From assembly GCA_002269645.1 (NCBI GenBank), contig NIVC01000657.1, forward strand, positions 62,001-126,000: a stretch of DNA of 64,000 nucleotides, written 5' to 3'. Source of the stretch: Macrostomum lignano (taxonomy: Eukaryota). The notes below the pieces were generated by a model that did no database searches, was not told where the DNA came from, and was given only the letters and a program-made list of their open reading frames with translations. Positions 51,057 through 62,564 of the stretch are shown in pieces (position 1 is the stretch's first letter; every line of letters begins with the position of its first letter). The translations under genes were made by a program, and so were the position numbers.

Positions 51057-52490
51057 GTCAGTCTGTCAATTGTATTCTTCTGTCCATCCTTCCATCTCCT
51101 ACTGATCATAGCAAGCCAACTCAAAACCTTCCCAGAAAAAGCTAACGGAGTCCCGCATCAAGGACATGTGCTCGCAGGACTTGGCCACTTACTACAAGGC
51201 CCTTGACTGGGCCATCTGCCAGTACCACACGGAGAAGATGACGGAGGTGAACAAGCTGATTCGCGACCTGTGGCGGGCCACCTACCGCGGCTCGGACATT
51301 GACTACATCGAGATCCGCTCAGACGAAGACACCTCCGGAGTGACGAAGTCGCGCCGGCAGTACAATTATCGGGTGGTGATGTGCAAATCAGGAGCTGAGA
51401 TGGACATGCGAGGCAGATGCTCCGCTGGACAAAAAGTCAGTATTGTCAGCTGGCCAGTATAGTTTAAGTAGACCGTAAAAGTACAAAAAAAATCTGAATG
51501 TACTTTTAAACGCAAAATGATCAACTGTTTAAGGTGGCGTATTATATAGCAATTATTAAGTTTTGTGATTATGCTGATATTCAGTAGCGTATTCACACTA
51601 CTTTTAGTAGTGTTCAGTATCCATAGATAATAATAGTAATAATAATTGATTACACCTGCTTTAATGGGCAGATGTGCAACCGACAGGTCAGCCGCAGCTA
51701 TTGCGCTGCGCATCTGAAGGCTGCGTACGGCTGTTCAGTCCAGGGACTGGGGGGGGGGTCGCCACACACACCCTCAATTACCCCAGCTATTGCTGGCACC
51801 TGATCTGATGACCAACAATTTTACTGCTGAATGAACTGAAGCAATGAAGAGTTAAGTGTCTTGCTTAAGGACACAAATTGTTCCAAGTGGGTCGAAAATC
51901 GAACCCCCGACCTCTAAAGTTCGACGCTCTTAGCGTGTTAAATTTATAAAGAAGCTTTTCTAAGTTGCACATTTACGCTACTTTTAGTAGTGTTCAGCAG
52001 CTAAAATAATTAAACAAGTAGAGATTCAGGGGTATCTTAAGTACTAAAATTTCTAAATTTTTTTGTTTTTGTGTTAAGGTTAACAAGATCGCAAAGCACT
52101 ATCCAACTGCCCCTCCCCTACCCCCGACAGGTCCTGTGCTCGCTGATAGTGCGGCTGGCCCTGGCCGAGGCCTTCTGTCACAACTGCGGCATCCTGGCAC
52201 TGGACGAGCCCACAACCAATCTGGACCGGGAGAACATCGAAAGCCTGGCCAATTCGCTTAGCGAAATCATTCGAACTCGGGCCACCCAGCAGCTCAACTT
52301 TCACATGATTGTCATCACCCACGACGAAGAGTTCGTTGAACTGCTGGGCCGGTCGGAGTTTGTCGATCATTTCTTCCGCGTGCAGAGCGACCCGGCCGGC
52401 TCGGGCATTCGGAAATTCATCGGCGCAAAGTTGAAGAGCTGCATCCGCGATGATGCGCCATCCATTGTCTTGATCCGCCATAAAAACTGA
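39180..52490 (+). CDS. RAD50: DNA repair protein RAD50, about 1363 aa; exons 39180-39419, 39818-40134, 41775-42030, 43246-43663, 44345-44697, 45726-45896, 46594-46952, 48143-48803, 49314-49970, 51136-51435, 52131-52490
   Basis: Walker [27 protein letters not shown], zinc hook CALC, signature [12 protein letters not shown], Walker B/D-loop [13 protein letters not shown]-loop ITHDEEF. The exon sum is 4092 nt with consistent phases; the coiled-coil exon boundaries are less certain. Confidence 0.95.
40330..41690. repeat. Variable 11-16-bp minisatellite (CCTTGAGAATCTCT core), RAD50 intron 2
   Basis: Direct periodicity of TTGAGAATCTC / TTAAGAGTCTC variants. Confidence 0.92.
42150..43222. repeat. 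20-bp minisatellite (GGGTGTCAGAGGATATTGCA), RAD50 intron 3
   Basis: Direct periodicity. Confidence 0.93.
43697..44240. repeat. 24-bp minisatellite (CACCTGTAGAATTCTCCCCAATCT), RAD50 intron 4
   Basis: Direct periodicity. Confidence 0.93.
44790..45560. repeat. 35-bp minisatellite (CCCCAGGTCACATTTTCAATCCCCTTATCCCAAAT), RAD50 intron 5
   Basis: Direct periodicity. Confidence 0.93.
46030..46470. repeat. 23-bp minisatellite (ATTTCGGACAGTAGTTAACTGAT), RAD50 intron 6
   Basis: Direct periodicity. Confidence 0.92.
46982..48040. repeat. Compound minisatellite: 19-bp (GCCTCAGCATCCCTATGAA), then 21-bp (GGCACCTCAGCATCTCCCTGT), RAD50 intron 7
   Basis: The unit switches at about 47385; both units share CCTCAGCATC. 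Confidence 0.92.
49971..51066. repeat. (GTCT)n microsatellite of about 1.1 kb, RAD50 intron 9
   Basis: Begins immediately after the GTATGT donor; source of the VCLS/TDRQ ORFs. Confidence 0.97.
51620..51932 (-). mobile_element. tRNA-derived SINE, copy 2 (5'-degraded), RAD50 intron 10
   Basis: Shares CAGATGTGCAAC..GCGCATCTGAAGGCTGCGTACGGCTGTTCAGTCC..CCCTCAATTACCCCAGCTA..AGGACACAAATTGTTCC..ATCGAACCCCCGACC with copy 1. Confidence 0.85.
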
Positions 52491-52929
52491 ATTCACTTCC
52501 GCAAAATTAAATTTGAATTAATTCTTCTTTTTCTTTTTTTGCGTTTCGTATTCCGTATCCTACTGTGTTACTTACAGTAGTTAGCTAACGATTGTAGTTA
52601 ATTAAAATTTTCTATTAAACCAGTTAGTTGTATTATTTAATTTGGTATGCTGCCGGACATATTGGCTAATAGTTAATAGTTAATTTAATTAGCAATTTGT
52701 ACCTTTTGCTACTGTTCTTATCTTATCAAGCTCGTAATAAGTTACACAAAAGTGCGTACTGTTCTTTTGGTATTTACACAATAAAAAGCTGCATTTCTGT
52801 CCCTGTTGCGTTTCGTGTTTTGAGAATAAAAAATAAATAATAAAACTGTTGAAGTTTTTCAACTGTTTATTTTGTTTAAATTTTTGTGTTTTCAAACTAT
52901 TTGTTCTCTCCGTGTTTTGCGTGTCCTAT

Positions 52930-54000
52930 CCATCACCCTGATCAGTCACACTGGTCACTCCATCACCCTGATCTCTCACACTGGTCACTCCATCACCCTG
53001 ATCAGTCACACTGGTCACTCCATCACCCTGATCTCTCACACTGGTCACTCCATCACCCTGATCAGTCACACAGGTCACTCCATCACCCTGATCTCTCACA
53101 CTGGTCACTCCATCACCCTGATCAGTGACACTGGTCACTCCAACACCCTGATCAGTCACACTAGTCACTCCATCACCCTGATCAGTCACACTAGTCACTC
53201 CATCACCCTGATCAGTCACACTGGTCACTCCATCACCCTGATCAGTCACACTAGTCACTCCATCACCCTGATCAGTCACACTAGTCACTCCATCACCCTG
53301 ATCAGCCACACTGGTCACTCCATCACCCTGATCAGCCACACTGGTCACTCCATCACCCTGATCAGTCACACTGATCACTCACTCCCATCACCCTGATCAG
53401 CCACACTGGTCACTCCATCACCCTGATCAGCCACACTGGTCACTCACTCCCATCACCCTGATCAATCACACTGGTCACTCCATCACCCTGATCAGCCACA
53501 CTGGTCACTCCATCACCCTGATCAGCCACACTGGTCACTCCATCACCCTGATCAGCCACACTGGTCAATCCATCACCCTGATCAGCCACACTGGTCACTC
53601 CATCACCCTGATCAGCCACACTGGTCACTCCAACACCCTGATCAGTGACACTGGTCACTCACTTCATCACCCTGATCAGTCACACTGGTCACTCCATCAC
53701 CTGATCAGTGACACTGGTCACTCCATCACCTGATCAGCCACACTGGTCACTCCATCACCCTGATCAGCCACACTGGTCACTCCAACACCCTGATCAGTGA
53801 CACTGGTCACTCACTTCATCACCCTGATCAGTCACACTGGTCACTCCAACACCCTGATCAGTGACACTGGTCACTCACTTCATCACCCTGATCAGTCACA
53901 CTGGTCACTCCATCACCTGATCAGTGACACTGGTCACTCACTCCAACACCCTAATCAGTGACACTGGTCACTCACTCCAACACCCTGATCAGTCACACTG
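52930..54000. repeat. 30-bp minisatellite (CATCACCCTGATCAGTCACACTGGTCACTC)
   Basis: Direct periodicity, with 4-bp ACTC insertions in some units. Confidence 0.94.
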
Positions 54001-54637
54001 GTCGCTCCATCTCTCCATCTCTCTCAAATTTCTTATAGCGTATGAAAAAAGTTGCAGTGCTTACGCGTAAAGTCCTGCAGGGCTCACCGTTAATACCAAC
54101 CGGTTTTATTTTATCAAGGCTGGCTCTTGAAATGGTCTTGACCAGGGGTTGGCAAACTCCGACCCGCGAAGCTTCTCTGTCCGGCGGCCCTCGAGACCTT
54201 TGAAACTTGACAATAGCAGCAATTCGGCTCAAAGTTTGTGTCTCTTCCCAGCTCTCTTCTCCCTTTTCTCCTCGTCTCTTATCTCCGCTATCCCCTCCCT
54301 TCTCCCCTCCTCAGCCTTCTCTCCTCTCTCCCCTCTCATCTCCCCTCTATTCTCACTTCCCTGTGATTAACAGGGTCAGAGCTTTCCGAAAACCTCTTTA
54401 TTATAAACACCCTAGCTGCTTCAAGCCCCCCCCCCCCAAATTTACTACGGTGAGATGTTGTTTATTTTTCAATGCTAAAAACTGAAATCCTACCGGCTCG
54501 CCAATATAGTGGCAAAAACCGGCCTCCAGGATATTTAGTTCTCAATGGAGCTGCATGCACTACTATCTTTCTGTGCCATAAAATTTTTGTCATAAAAAAT
54601 GACGCATCAGTTGATTCTTCCAACATTTAAGACATAT

Positions 54638-55595
54638 GCCCCACCATCGAGATCCCGTGTCCCACCATCAAGATCCCGTGTCCCACCATCGAGATCCCGT
54701 GTCCCACCATCGAGATCCCGTGTCCCACCATCGAGATCCCGTGTCCCACCATCGAGATCCCGTGTCCCACCATCGAGATCCCGTGTCCCACCATCGAGAT
54801 CCCGTGTCCCACCATCCAGATTCCGTGTCCCACCATCCAGATTCCGTGTCCCACCATCGAGATCCCGTGTCCCACCATCAAGATCCCGTGTCCCACCATC
54901 GAGATCCCGTGTCCCACCATCAAGATCCCGTGTCCCACCATCGAGATCCCGTGTCCCACCATCGAGATCCCGTGTCCCACCATCGAGATCCCGTGTCCCA
55001 CCATCGAGATCCCGTGTCCCACCATCGAGATCCCGTGTCCCACCATCGAGATCCCGTGTCCCACCATCGAGATCCCGTGTCCCACCATCCAGATTCCGTG
55101 TCCCACCATCCAGATTCCGTGTCCCACCATCGAGATCCCGTGTCCCACCATCGAGATCCCGTGTCCCACCATCGAGATCCCGTGTCCCACCATCGAGATC
55201 CCGTGTCCCACCATCGAGATCCCGTGTCCCACCATCGAGATCCCGTGTCCCACCATCGAGATCCTGTGTCCCACCATCGAGATCCCGTGTCCCACCATCG
55301 AGATCCCGTGTCCCACCATCGAGATTCCGTGTCCTAACATCGAGATCCTGTGTCCCACCATCGAGATCCCGTGTCCCACCATCGAGATCCCGTGTCCCAC
55401 CATCGAGATCCCGTGTCCCACCATCGAGATCCCGTGTCCCACCATCGAGATCCCGTGTCCCACCCTCCAGATCTCGTGTCCCACCATCCAGATCCCGTGT
55501 CCCACCATCAAGATCCCGTGTCCCACCATCAAGATCCCGTGTCCCACCATCGAGATCCCGTGTCCCACCATAGAAATCCCGTGTCCCACCATCGA
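54638..55595. repeat. 21-bp minisatellite (CCCACCATCGAGATCCCGTGT), about 45 copies
   Basis: Direct periodicity. Confidence 0.95.
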
Positions 55596-56087
55596 GAGCG
55601 GCCGTGTCTGAACAATGCAGCCGCTACACAATGGCTCACTCAAGCATACGAAACATGCATTGTTTTTTCCGCTGTATTGAATAGTAAGGTGCTGTCATTG
55701 TTCCTCCACTCAATTCCTCATTTAAAAAGTTACATAAAAATGCCTAAAAATTTTTTTTCACAAAGACGGAAAGTGCATGCCTTATGCAATTGCAAGCTTT
55801 GCCAGTTTTTTGGCGAAGTCTTGCATGAATTTTCCCACCCTAAAGCGGCAAAAGCTTGTATGGCTTGTGTGCGAACATGAATTATTGAAGTTTAGCTGAT
55901 GGAAAAGAAACGCCACATGCAAACCTTGCCTACCTTTCTCGGAGTGAGCAGTAACTAAGCTATAGAGAGACGACGAAGCAAATTTTTTGTACCGCCATCT
56001 TCCTATTGGACGGCAAGCCAATTAAAAGCCAGCTGCTTCTTCTACAGACTGCATGTTGCTGCTTGCTGCAGCTCTGACTGCTGAATC

Positions 56088-56837
56088 ATGCGGATCGGCA
56101 TCATCAGAGTTCGCCTCCAGCTGCTCATGCTGCCACTCCTCCTGTGGCACAGCGCGTCAGGAAGTTTTTACCATCCAAGGCACGGATTCCTCTGCATCCG
56201 GCCCGAGTACCAGACTACGGTGTCGGGCGTCACGTCCGACATCCTGTGCGCGGAGCTGTGCAGCAATGACCAGCGCTGTCAGGCCTTCAGCCTGGCTGAC
56301 GGTCCGTGCCAGCTGTTCGTGTTCGACAAGTGCAGCAAGTCTGTGAAAGACTGCGGCTGCTCCAGGAGAGGCCGGGTGTTCGTGAAGCAGCAGCCGGGAC
56401 TCGAGCCGGGCGCGCTGTGTCCGTCAGGCTACGCCATGGACCTGTGCGGTGTGAAGTACAAGGCCTTGCTGACACGTGCACTTTGGACTACTCAGAGGCA
56501 GGCTTGCGAGTCGACCAGCGGCTTGGTGATCATGGCTGACGTAACCAGCAGCGCTGAGATGTCGCATATCGGACAGCTTTTCTCCGTTCACAACTTCACT
56601 GGCGGCCTGTCGATGTGGATTAACGGCCTTCAGGCTGCCGGGAGTGTTGAGCCCGACGGAGGCTGGAGCTGGGTCACCTGCAGCATCACAGTGAATGCCA
56701 GCTTCTGGGGTAGTGGCGAGCCTAACAATAATGGCGGAGCTGAAGACGCTATTTTTGCGAGAACGCAGTTGGGTGACGCATCGAAGACAGTGGGCTTGAG
56801 AGGCGGCTTGTGCGAGTGCCTGTCCCCATTTGATTGA
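56088..56837 (+). CDS. Secreted PAN/apple-like + C-type lectin domain protein, 249 aa, single exon
   Basis: Signal peptide; PAN pattern CAELCSNDQRCQAF....CQLF; CTLD motifs CPSGY, RQACE, WING, WSW, FWGSGEPNN, LCE. Confidence 0.85.
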   Translation: MRIGIIRVRLQLLMLPLLLWHSASGSFYHPRHGFLCIRPEYQTTVSGVTSDILCAELCSNDQRCQAFSLADGPCQLFVFDKCSKSVKDCGCSRRGRVFVKQQPGLEPGALCPSGYAMDLCGVKYKALLTRALWTTQRQACESTSGLVIMADVTSSAEMSHIGQLFSVHNFTGGLSMWINGLQAAGSVEPDGGWSWVTCSITVNASFWGSGEPNNNGGAEDAIFARTQLGDASKTVGLRGGLCECLSPFD

Positions 56838-57354
56838 GCCTGTGAATTTAACCAGCTTGATTAAAAGTTAACAGAAACAGTTTTTTTCAAAATCGAGACC
56901 TATCGTTTTATCGTCCAATGACTTAAGTCCAGAAAAATACTAAATAAATTATTAAAACAAATTTAAAACTTGGTTTTTTGAATTGGCAACACAGCAGAAG
57001 CAATTTAATTGTTTTTTTTCAAACTTTTACTGGAGCTGGTGGGTCAATGCAAGGAGCGGCATGCATAGCCATCGCAAAGCTATACTTTTCTCTCTTATTC
57101 TTCGTTATACATGTAATATAAAAGCACTGTTGACATTAGCGCTGGTAAATTAGCTGTATATCACCGAGCCGAGTCTGGGAGGTGTTGCTGCTACTGACTC
57201 TGCAGTCAACCCTACCGACGGGGACAGGCGCTGAATGCCTGCATGCTGGCTGACGCCGCGCAGCGTCCCGGATCTGGTCGGCGGCGTGGGCCTTCGTTCG
57301 CGACTTGTCACAGAGGCGCGCCCTGTGACGCTGCTTTCTAAGAACCCTTACAGC

Positions 57355-58415
57355 GCATTTTGTTGCTGCTGTTGTTGATGTTGTGTTTGTGTGTGTCTTC
57401 GGCTGGGCGGGTTCCCTCATTGCACCCACCCAGGGTGCGTGCACTTCAGGAACCCTAGCACCTTCGCTTCATCTCCCAGATCCTCCAGACCATGAATACC
57501 AAAACGCGCCCTCTCCTTATGCCACCTGTCGCACCACACCCAGTGGTCCTTGTCCTCTTCCTCACCGCAGTCCTGACAACTCGCCTTTGCCTCAGCACCG
57601 ATTTTTTGTCGCCAGTAGGCCGTCTTCTTGCATTGACCACATCTGAGTTGGGCGAGTGTGGTCTCCGTGCTACGATTTTCAGCGCATTTGTTAATTTTGT
57701 GCTTGTATACCCTACGGAGACGCTCATCAGAGGGCGGGGGCGCCGGCTCCTTCCTGATGGCTGCCTTTACACAGTTCCACTTGACGGGGACGTCGTCCTG
57801 CGGTAGAGCCGCTGCTTCCTTAGCCTCCTGGTCGACATCCTCGTTGCCCGCGACACCAACATGACCGGGTACCCACTGCAGCACCACTCTGGTAACTTGG
57901 CTAATCTCACGGAGTCTACTGATCAGGCGGTACGACGTGGTGTCCTGGGTAGCTTTCTCGCTGCTGAGCTTGAGGAGGGCCGATTTACAGTCCGCCAGGA
58001 TGATGGCATTTCGCGGCTTGGCCTCCGCAATGGTATCCAGTGCCAGCTCCAGGGCTCGCTCCTCCGCTACCAGGGAGCTGCACCACTCCCCGGCCGCCGC
58101 TTTCTTGACGCGTCTCTCCGTGTCAACGTACACGACACAAGCTGCACCACCCTTCCGCTGCCCTTCTCCAACAGACCCATCCGTGTAGATTGACAATTCG
58201 AATTCGCCCCAGGCGTTAATGGTGTCGATTGTCTCTGCGGCGAGGTTGCTGTCACCCTTCTTTCCTCCGCGAATAAGCTCCGTAGCGATCACGACGCCGT
58301 CCAAATGTAGCCGTCTCCACGGCGGGTGTCTCTTTCTGATAAAGCTCTCTCTGGGGTGGGTCGACCTCCTCAGGCATTCCTCTCTGGCCTGCTCCCTCCA
58401 CCCTTTGTTCGCCTG
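57355..58415 (-). mobile_element. 5'-truncated non-LTR retrotransposon 3' end (RNase H + CCHC knuckle, CAA-rich tail)
   Basis: IYTDGS, SSLVAEERAL, ADCKSAL, LQWVPGHVGVAGNEDVDQEAK; LAQLRCG...CQDCGEEEDKDHWVWC; stop at 57417 followed by an AAC-rich tail. Confidence 0.9.
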
Positions 58416-58495
58416 TGTTGATGTTGTTGTTGTGGTGGTGGTTGTTGTTGCTGCTATTGTTGCTGATGTTGCTGATGTCGTTGTTGATAATATTC

Positions 58496-58526
<31 letters not shown>

Positions 58527-58639
58527 CGCGGCCGCCAGAATGCTGCAGCCGGCTGGTTGATGGCAACCTCGGACTTTCTGGGTAGCTGCAGCCAGGGAGT
58601 TTTGCGGTCCCAGAACTCGAGGTCGAGGCTGGTTCTCAG

Positions 58640-58872
58640 ACAACTCAAACCCCTGTTGTTGATGTTCTAAATGTACTGCTGTTTTTGTCGTTGCTGAAGT
58701 TGTTGCTGTTGTTGTTGGCAGTTGTTGGCAGTTGTTGTTGCTGATGTTGCTTTTATTGTTGCTTCTGTTGTTTCTGTTGTTGCTGTTGCTTGTTGTTTCT
58801 GTTATTGTTGCTGTTGTTGTTTCTGTTGTTGTTGCTGTCGTTGCTGTTGCTGTAGTAGTTGTTGTTGCTGAT

Positions 58873-58925
<53 letters not shown>

Positions 58926-58927
58926 TG

Positions 58928-58959
<32 letters not shown>

Positions 58960-59290
58960 GTTAGTGATGATGCTTAGATATCCTGCTTCCACCCTTCCGC
59001 TTCCTACTGCTTCCATCTCGTCTTCCACCATTCCCAGAACTGCAGCGCTTCCTCGGGTTTCTCACAAAAGCTCCCCAGCTCCATCAACGGGATACATCTG
59101 CGCTCGCTTGCTGTTGTTCTTGTTGACTGCGGCGTTGGCTCTAACCATATAACCCCAGCATCGACCCCCGTCAAGGGTAGTCGAATACCGAGAGCCAGAA
59201 TGAGCCCCAAACACACGCCCTGAAGCAGGCCCGGTGCCCGATTCCAAGCGCTCTTCGCCGCCATAAATGGGGGCGTTGCCTCCCCTCATC
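58640..59290 (-). mobile_element. Probable LINE 3' terminus with a long (CAA)/(CTA)n tail
   Basis: Short ORF ending CEKPEEALQFWEWWKTRWKQ*, followed by a trinucleotide tail of about 330 bp; no catalytic motif seen. Confidence 0.45.
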
Positions 59291-59299
59291 CCGCGACAA

Positions 59300-59740
59300 A
59301 GACGCGACTGCGAAATCAGGGCGGAATATCGCTTTTTTTGCTAGGCATCGTCACCTCCAGGGAAAAATCCGCAGCGAGGAATGCCCAGTCTGCCTCTCCG
59401 GTGTTGAGAATGGAGAGCACTTTATCTGTGAATGCCCCACCTTTACTCAGGACAGGCTCACCTACCTCGGGCCCAAACCGGGACCTCTCCGACGTACGTT
59501 TTCAGGCCCGATAATCTCTGCCAGCTCGTCGGCTACCTAAGGACTACCGGGCGAGCGATCATCCACCTCTTGGACTCTCCGGAGGGGACCGCGCTGCGGA
59601 CACCGGCACCACCGGATCTCCCTGGGCGACACCGCAGCACCAGCTGCCTGTGCTCGCCAGGGGTTATCGGAATGGGCGGCAACGCCTCTTCGCTGCATCC
59701 GGATGCACGGGGCCCCGCTGCAGCTGAGTCAAGTAATTAA
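59300..59740 (+). mobile_element. LINE 3' fragment (C-terminal zinc knuckle), frameshifted
   Basis: Plus-strand translation CPVCLSGVENGEHFICECPTFTQDRLTYLG, then in another frame DNLCQLVGYLRTTGR. Confidence 0.75.
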
Positions 59741-60229
59741 GGAAGACTCCAATCCTAATTCTTTACTAAATCTCCTTTAGCATAGAAATTTCCTAGAGTA
59801 GAATAAAGAGGTAAAGCATATGAGCAGTATAAGAGAGGCAAGGCTAGAGTGAATTTAGGCAGGCATACAGGATGAAATGAAAAGACAATAGAATCCTGCA
59901 ACAAGTGGGGCCCACAGTGAAGCGCAGCAGCGCATGACAAAATCTACAGCAGTAACCATCTATTTCAGCTAGATCGCGGGCTCGTGAAAGCTGCAGATTG
60001 ATCGATGCGGGTTGGAGATGGCCGGCCGGGGAGTCCTGCACGGAGGCCGCTCTTAGGGAGGAGCTGCGGGCGCACCCAGAGACCGACGGCCAACCCCGAG
60101 GGGCGTAGCAACCGAAGACAGTAAAATAACTCAGAACTGACCTCCCCCAGATACTCTAACTCAACCAGAGTAAAACTGATGAGTTTGAGCGCCTAACTCT
60201 CACCCCCGTAGCAACATGCATGTTTAGTG

Positions 60230-60595
60230 CTAATCTTATTGCATGCGCTGTTTGCATAAACCTTGCCGTCGTTAACCACGCTACATCCCAGTCCATCGAC
60301 GGCAGGGGATAAAATTGTGGAAGACTTGTAGAATTCCAGGAAGTGAGGCCCAGGTACTTGATAAGACTTTTTGCAGACGATAGCTTTATCCTAAATGAGT
60401 AACGGTAGGGAAACGTTTTTGTTCTTAGGGGAGCGACTGAACAGGCAGGCCTCGCACTTACTTGGGTTTAAGTGATCAATCTTGAGATCCTCCGCCCAGG
60501 TGCCCACTCTGTCGAGAGCTGCTTGCCTTCTCATGTTCACTTCCTCGGTTGATTCGCCGCACGTCCAAAGGGCTAAGTCGTCAAGCGCAATGCAC
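60230..60595 (-). mobile_element. Non-LTR reverse transcriptase fragment
   Basis: DDLALW...QAALDRVGTW...LNPSKCEACLF, then KYLGL in a shifted frame; cut off upstream by the 26-bp array. Confidence 0.8.
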
Positions 60596-61226
60596 GTTTG
60601 GATGCTCAAGCAGGATGATACGTTTTGATGCTCAAGCAGGATGATACGTTTTGATGCTCAAGCAGGATGATACGTTTGGATGCTCAAGCAGGATGATACG
60701 TTTGGATGCTCAAGCAGGATGATACGTTTGGATGCTCAAGCAGGATGATACGTTTGGATGCTCAAGCAGGATGATACGTTTGGATGCTCAAGCAGGATGA
60801 TACGTTTGGATGCTCAAGCAGGATGATACGTTTTGATGCTCAAGCAGGATGATACGTTTGGATGCTCAAGCAGGATGATACGTTTGGATGCTCAAGCAGG
60901 ATGATACGTTTGGATGCTCAAGCAGGATGATACGTTTGGATGCTCAAGCAGGATGATACGTTTTGATGCTCAAGCAGGATGATACGTTTGGATGCTCAAG
61001 CAGGATGATACGTTTTGATGCTCAAGCAGGATGATACGTTTTGATGCTCAAGCAGGATGATACGTTTGGATGCTCAAGCAGGATGATACGTTTGGATGCT
61101 CAAGCAGGATGATACGTTTTGATGCTCAAGCAGGATGATACGTTTGGATGCTCAAGCAGGATGATACGTTTTGATGCTCAAGCAGGATGATACATTTGGA
61201 TGCTCAAGCAGGATGATACGTTTGGA
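60596..61226. repeat. 26-bp minisatellite (GATGCTCAAGCAGGATGATACGTTTK), about 24 copies
   Basis: Direct periodicity. Confidence 0.95.
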
Positions 61227-61249
61227 AGGATGCACTCACTAGATATATG

Positions 61250-61608
61250 GCATCAGAACTCAAGCGCTGATTTTCTAGCTGCTTTGGTTGTCCATCTGCA
61301 TTTGCTAACGCGGAGCGCTTACGGCTCGAGTTGGAGTCCTGAGATTTGGTTGCAAACAGCCTTTCTAAAAAATGCAGTGAGCAGATCCGGTAGTTGTGCT
61401 TTGGATCGCTGCACAACTTCTCCGACTCCAACTCTGCAGCTTTCCAATTTCTGGGAAACTTCCCACGCTCTGAGCTTGAGAAAAACGCATCTAAACTTGT
61501 ATAGCGGAGTGGGGTGGGGCTGGTGAGTGTCCCTTCCTGGGGAACGCAGCGACCAAAGAGGCTTCCCTGGCTATACTGTGTTGCTATGTGTTTGCATTCG
61601 GTTATCAA
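61250..61608 (-). other. Possible degenerate THAP-domain coding remnant
   Basis: KFPRNW...YRICSLHF resembles the THAP FP..W..CSxHF pattern; the N-terminal Cys pair and the AVP box are not clear. Confidence 0.42.
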
Positions 61609-61723
61609 CGATACAATAGTCTTAGCTAGCCTTAGTAATGTAGCCTCAGCTCAGTAAAACATTTAAAAACGGAAACGTATGCATACATGATTAAATTGTG
61701 CAGACGCCGCAATAGTGACTGTG

Positions 61724-61796
61724 GGTTCGGTGGTGTAGTGGTTATCACATCTGTCTCACACACAGAAGGTCCCCGGTTCGAGCCCGGGCCGAACCA
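61724..61796 (+). tRNA. tRNA-Val (anticodon CAC), intronless
   Basis: Acceptor stem GGTTCGG/CCGAACC; anticodon arm TCTGT-CTCACAC-ACAGA (CAC at 61757-61759); T-loop GGTTCGAGCC; downstream T-run Pol III terminator. Confidence 0.96.
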
Positions 61797-62564
61797 TAGT
61801 TTTTTATAAACGATAATTTAAGACTCGTTTTTGATTATGCTAAAAAAATTCAGATCATTTTTGTTTATTTTTATTTGTTTTCGTTTTTCAATGTTAGAAT
61901 CTAATAACAATGTACTTATCAGATAAGTGAAAGTGGGCAAGTGGCACAAGTGCAAGTAGTGTACTATAAGTAGTAGTAGAATTTAGTAAAAATTTAGTAG
62001 AACTTGTAAAATTTTTCAATTCAACTAACTACGGCTAAAGTTATAGTATGATGCTTGTGGACATATGTATATACACGAAAACTACGAGTATTTCAAGTCC
62101 TCACCGACCTCACAATTTGAAAAGTTTTTTCTCAAAAACGTGTTTGATTTTAAATGCCAAGTGTGATGCTTTCTACTAACAACAGCTAATAAGTAGTGCA
62201 GTTAGGATGCCAATTTTATTTGAATGTAAGAAGAACAATATGGAAGAGCTAGCTTTGCAATTTAAACAACTTTAAATCCTCTTTAAAATCGATTCAAACA
62301 AAGGAAATAATAACAGTCAAGAAGACGATCTTACCCAGCAGACAATCGGGTACAGAATTGTTTATATTGGGTGAAGTTAAAATTCGTATTTACAGAGCAA
62401 AAATGATTTCGCAGAAAAAAATATTTTACGAGCCGTTGTATGCCACGACAGCGTTTACACTGGTTTTAAATGTACATGTATAGGTGCCTTGGGCTAACCG
62501 GCTAACTGTTAAATTGGTACTTTGATTATGCTTGACAGCTGTGTGCTTACCTTGGCCGTCAGAT

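Noticed and set aside
49380-51206. 608-aa ORF
   Set aside because: Read-through of RAD50 exon 9 into the (GTCT)n intron.
54599-55880. Long repetitive ORFs (also 26661-27242, 33429-34529, 43441-44200, 47337-48327)
   Set aside because: Translations of minisatellites lacking stop codons, open on both strands.
60170-60215. CTGATGAG as a hammerhead ribozyme core
   Set aside because: No GAAA after stem II and no closing stems.
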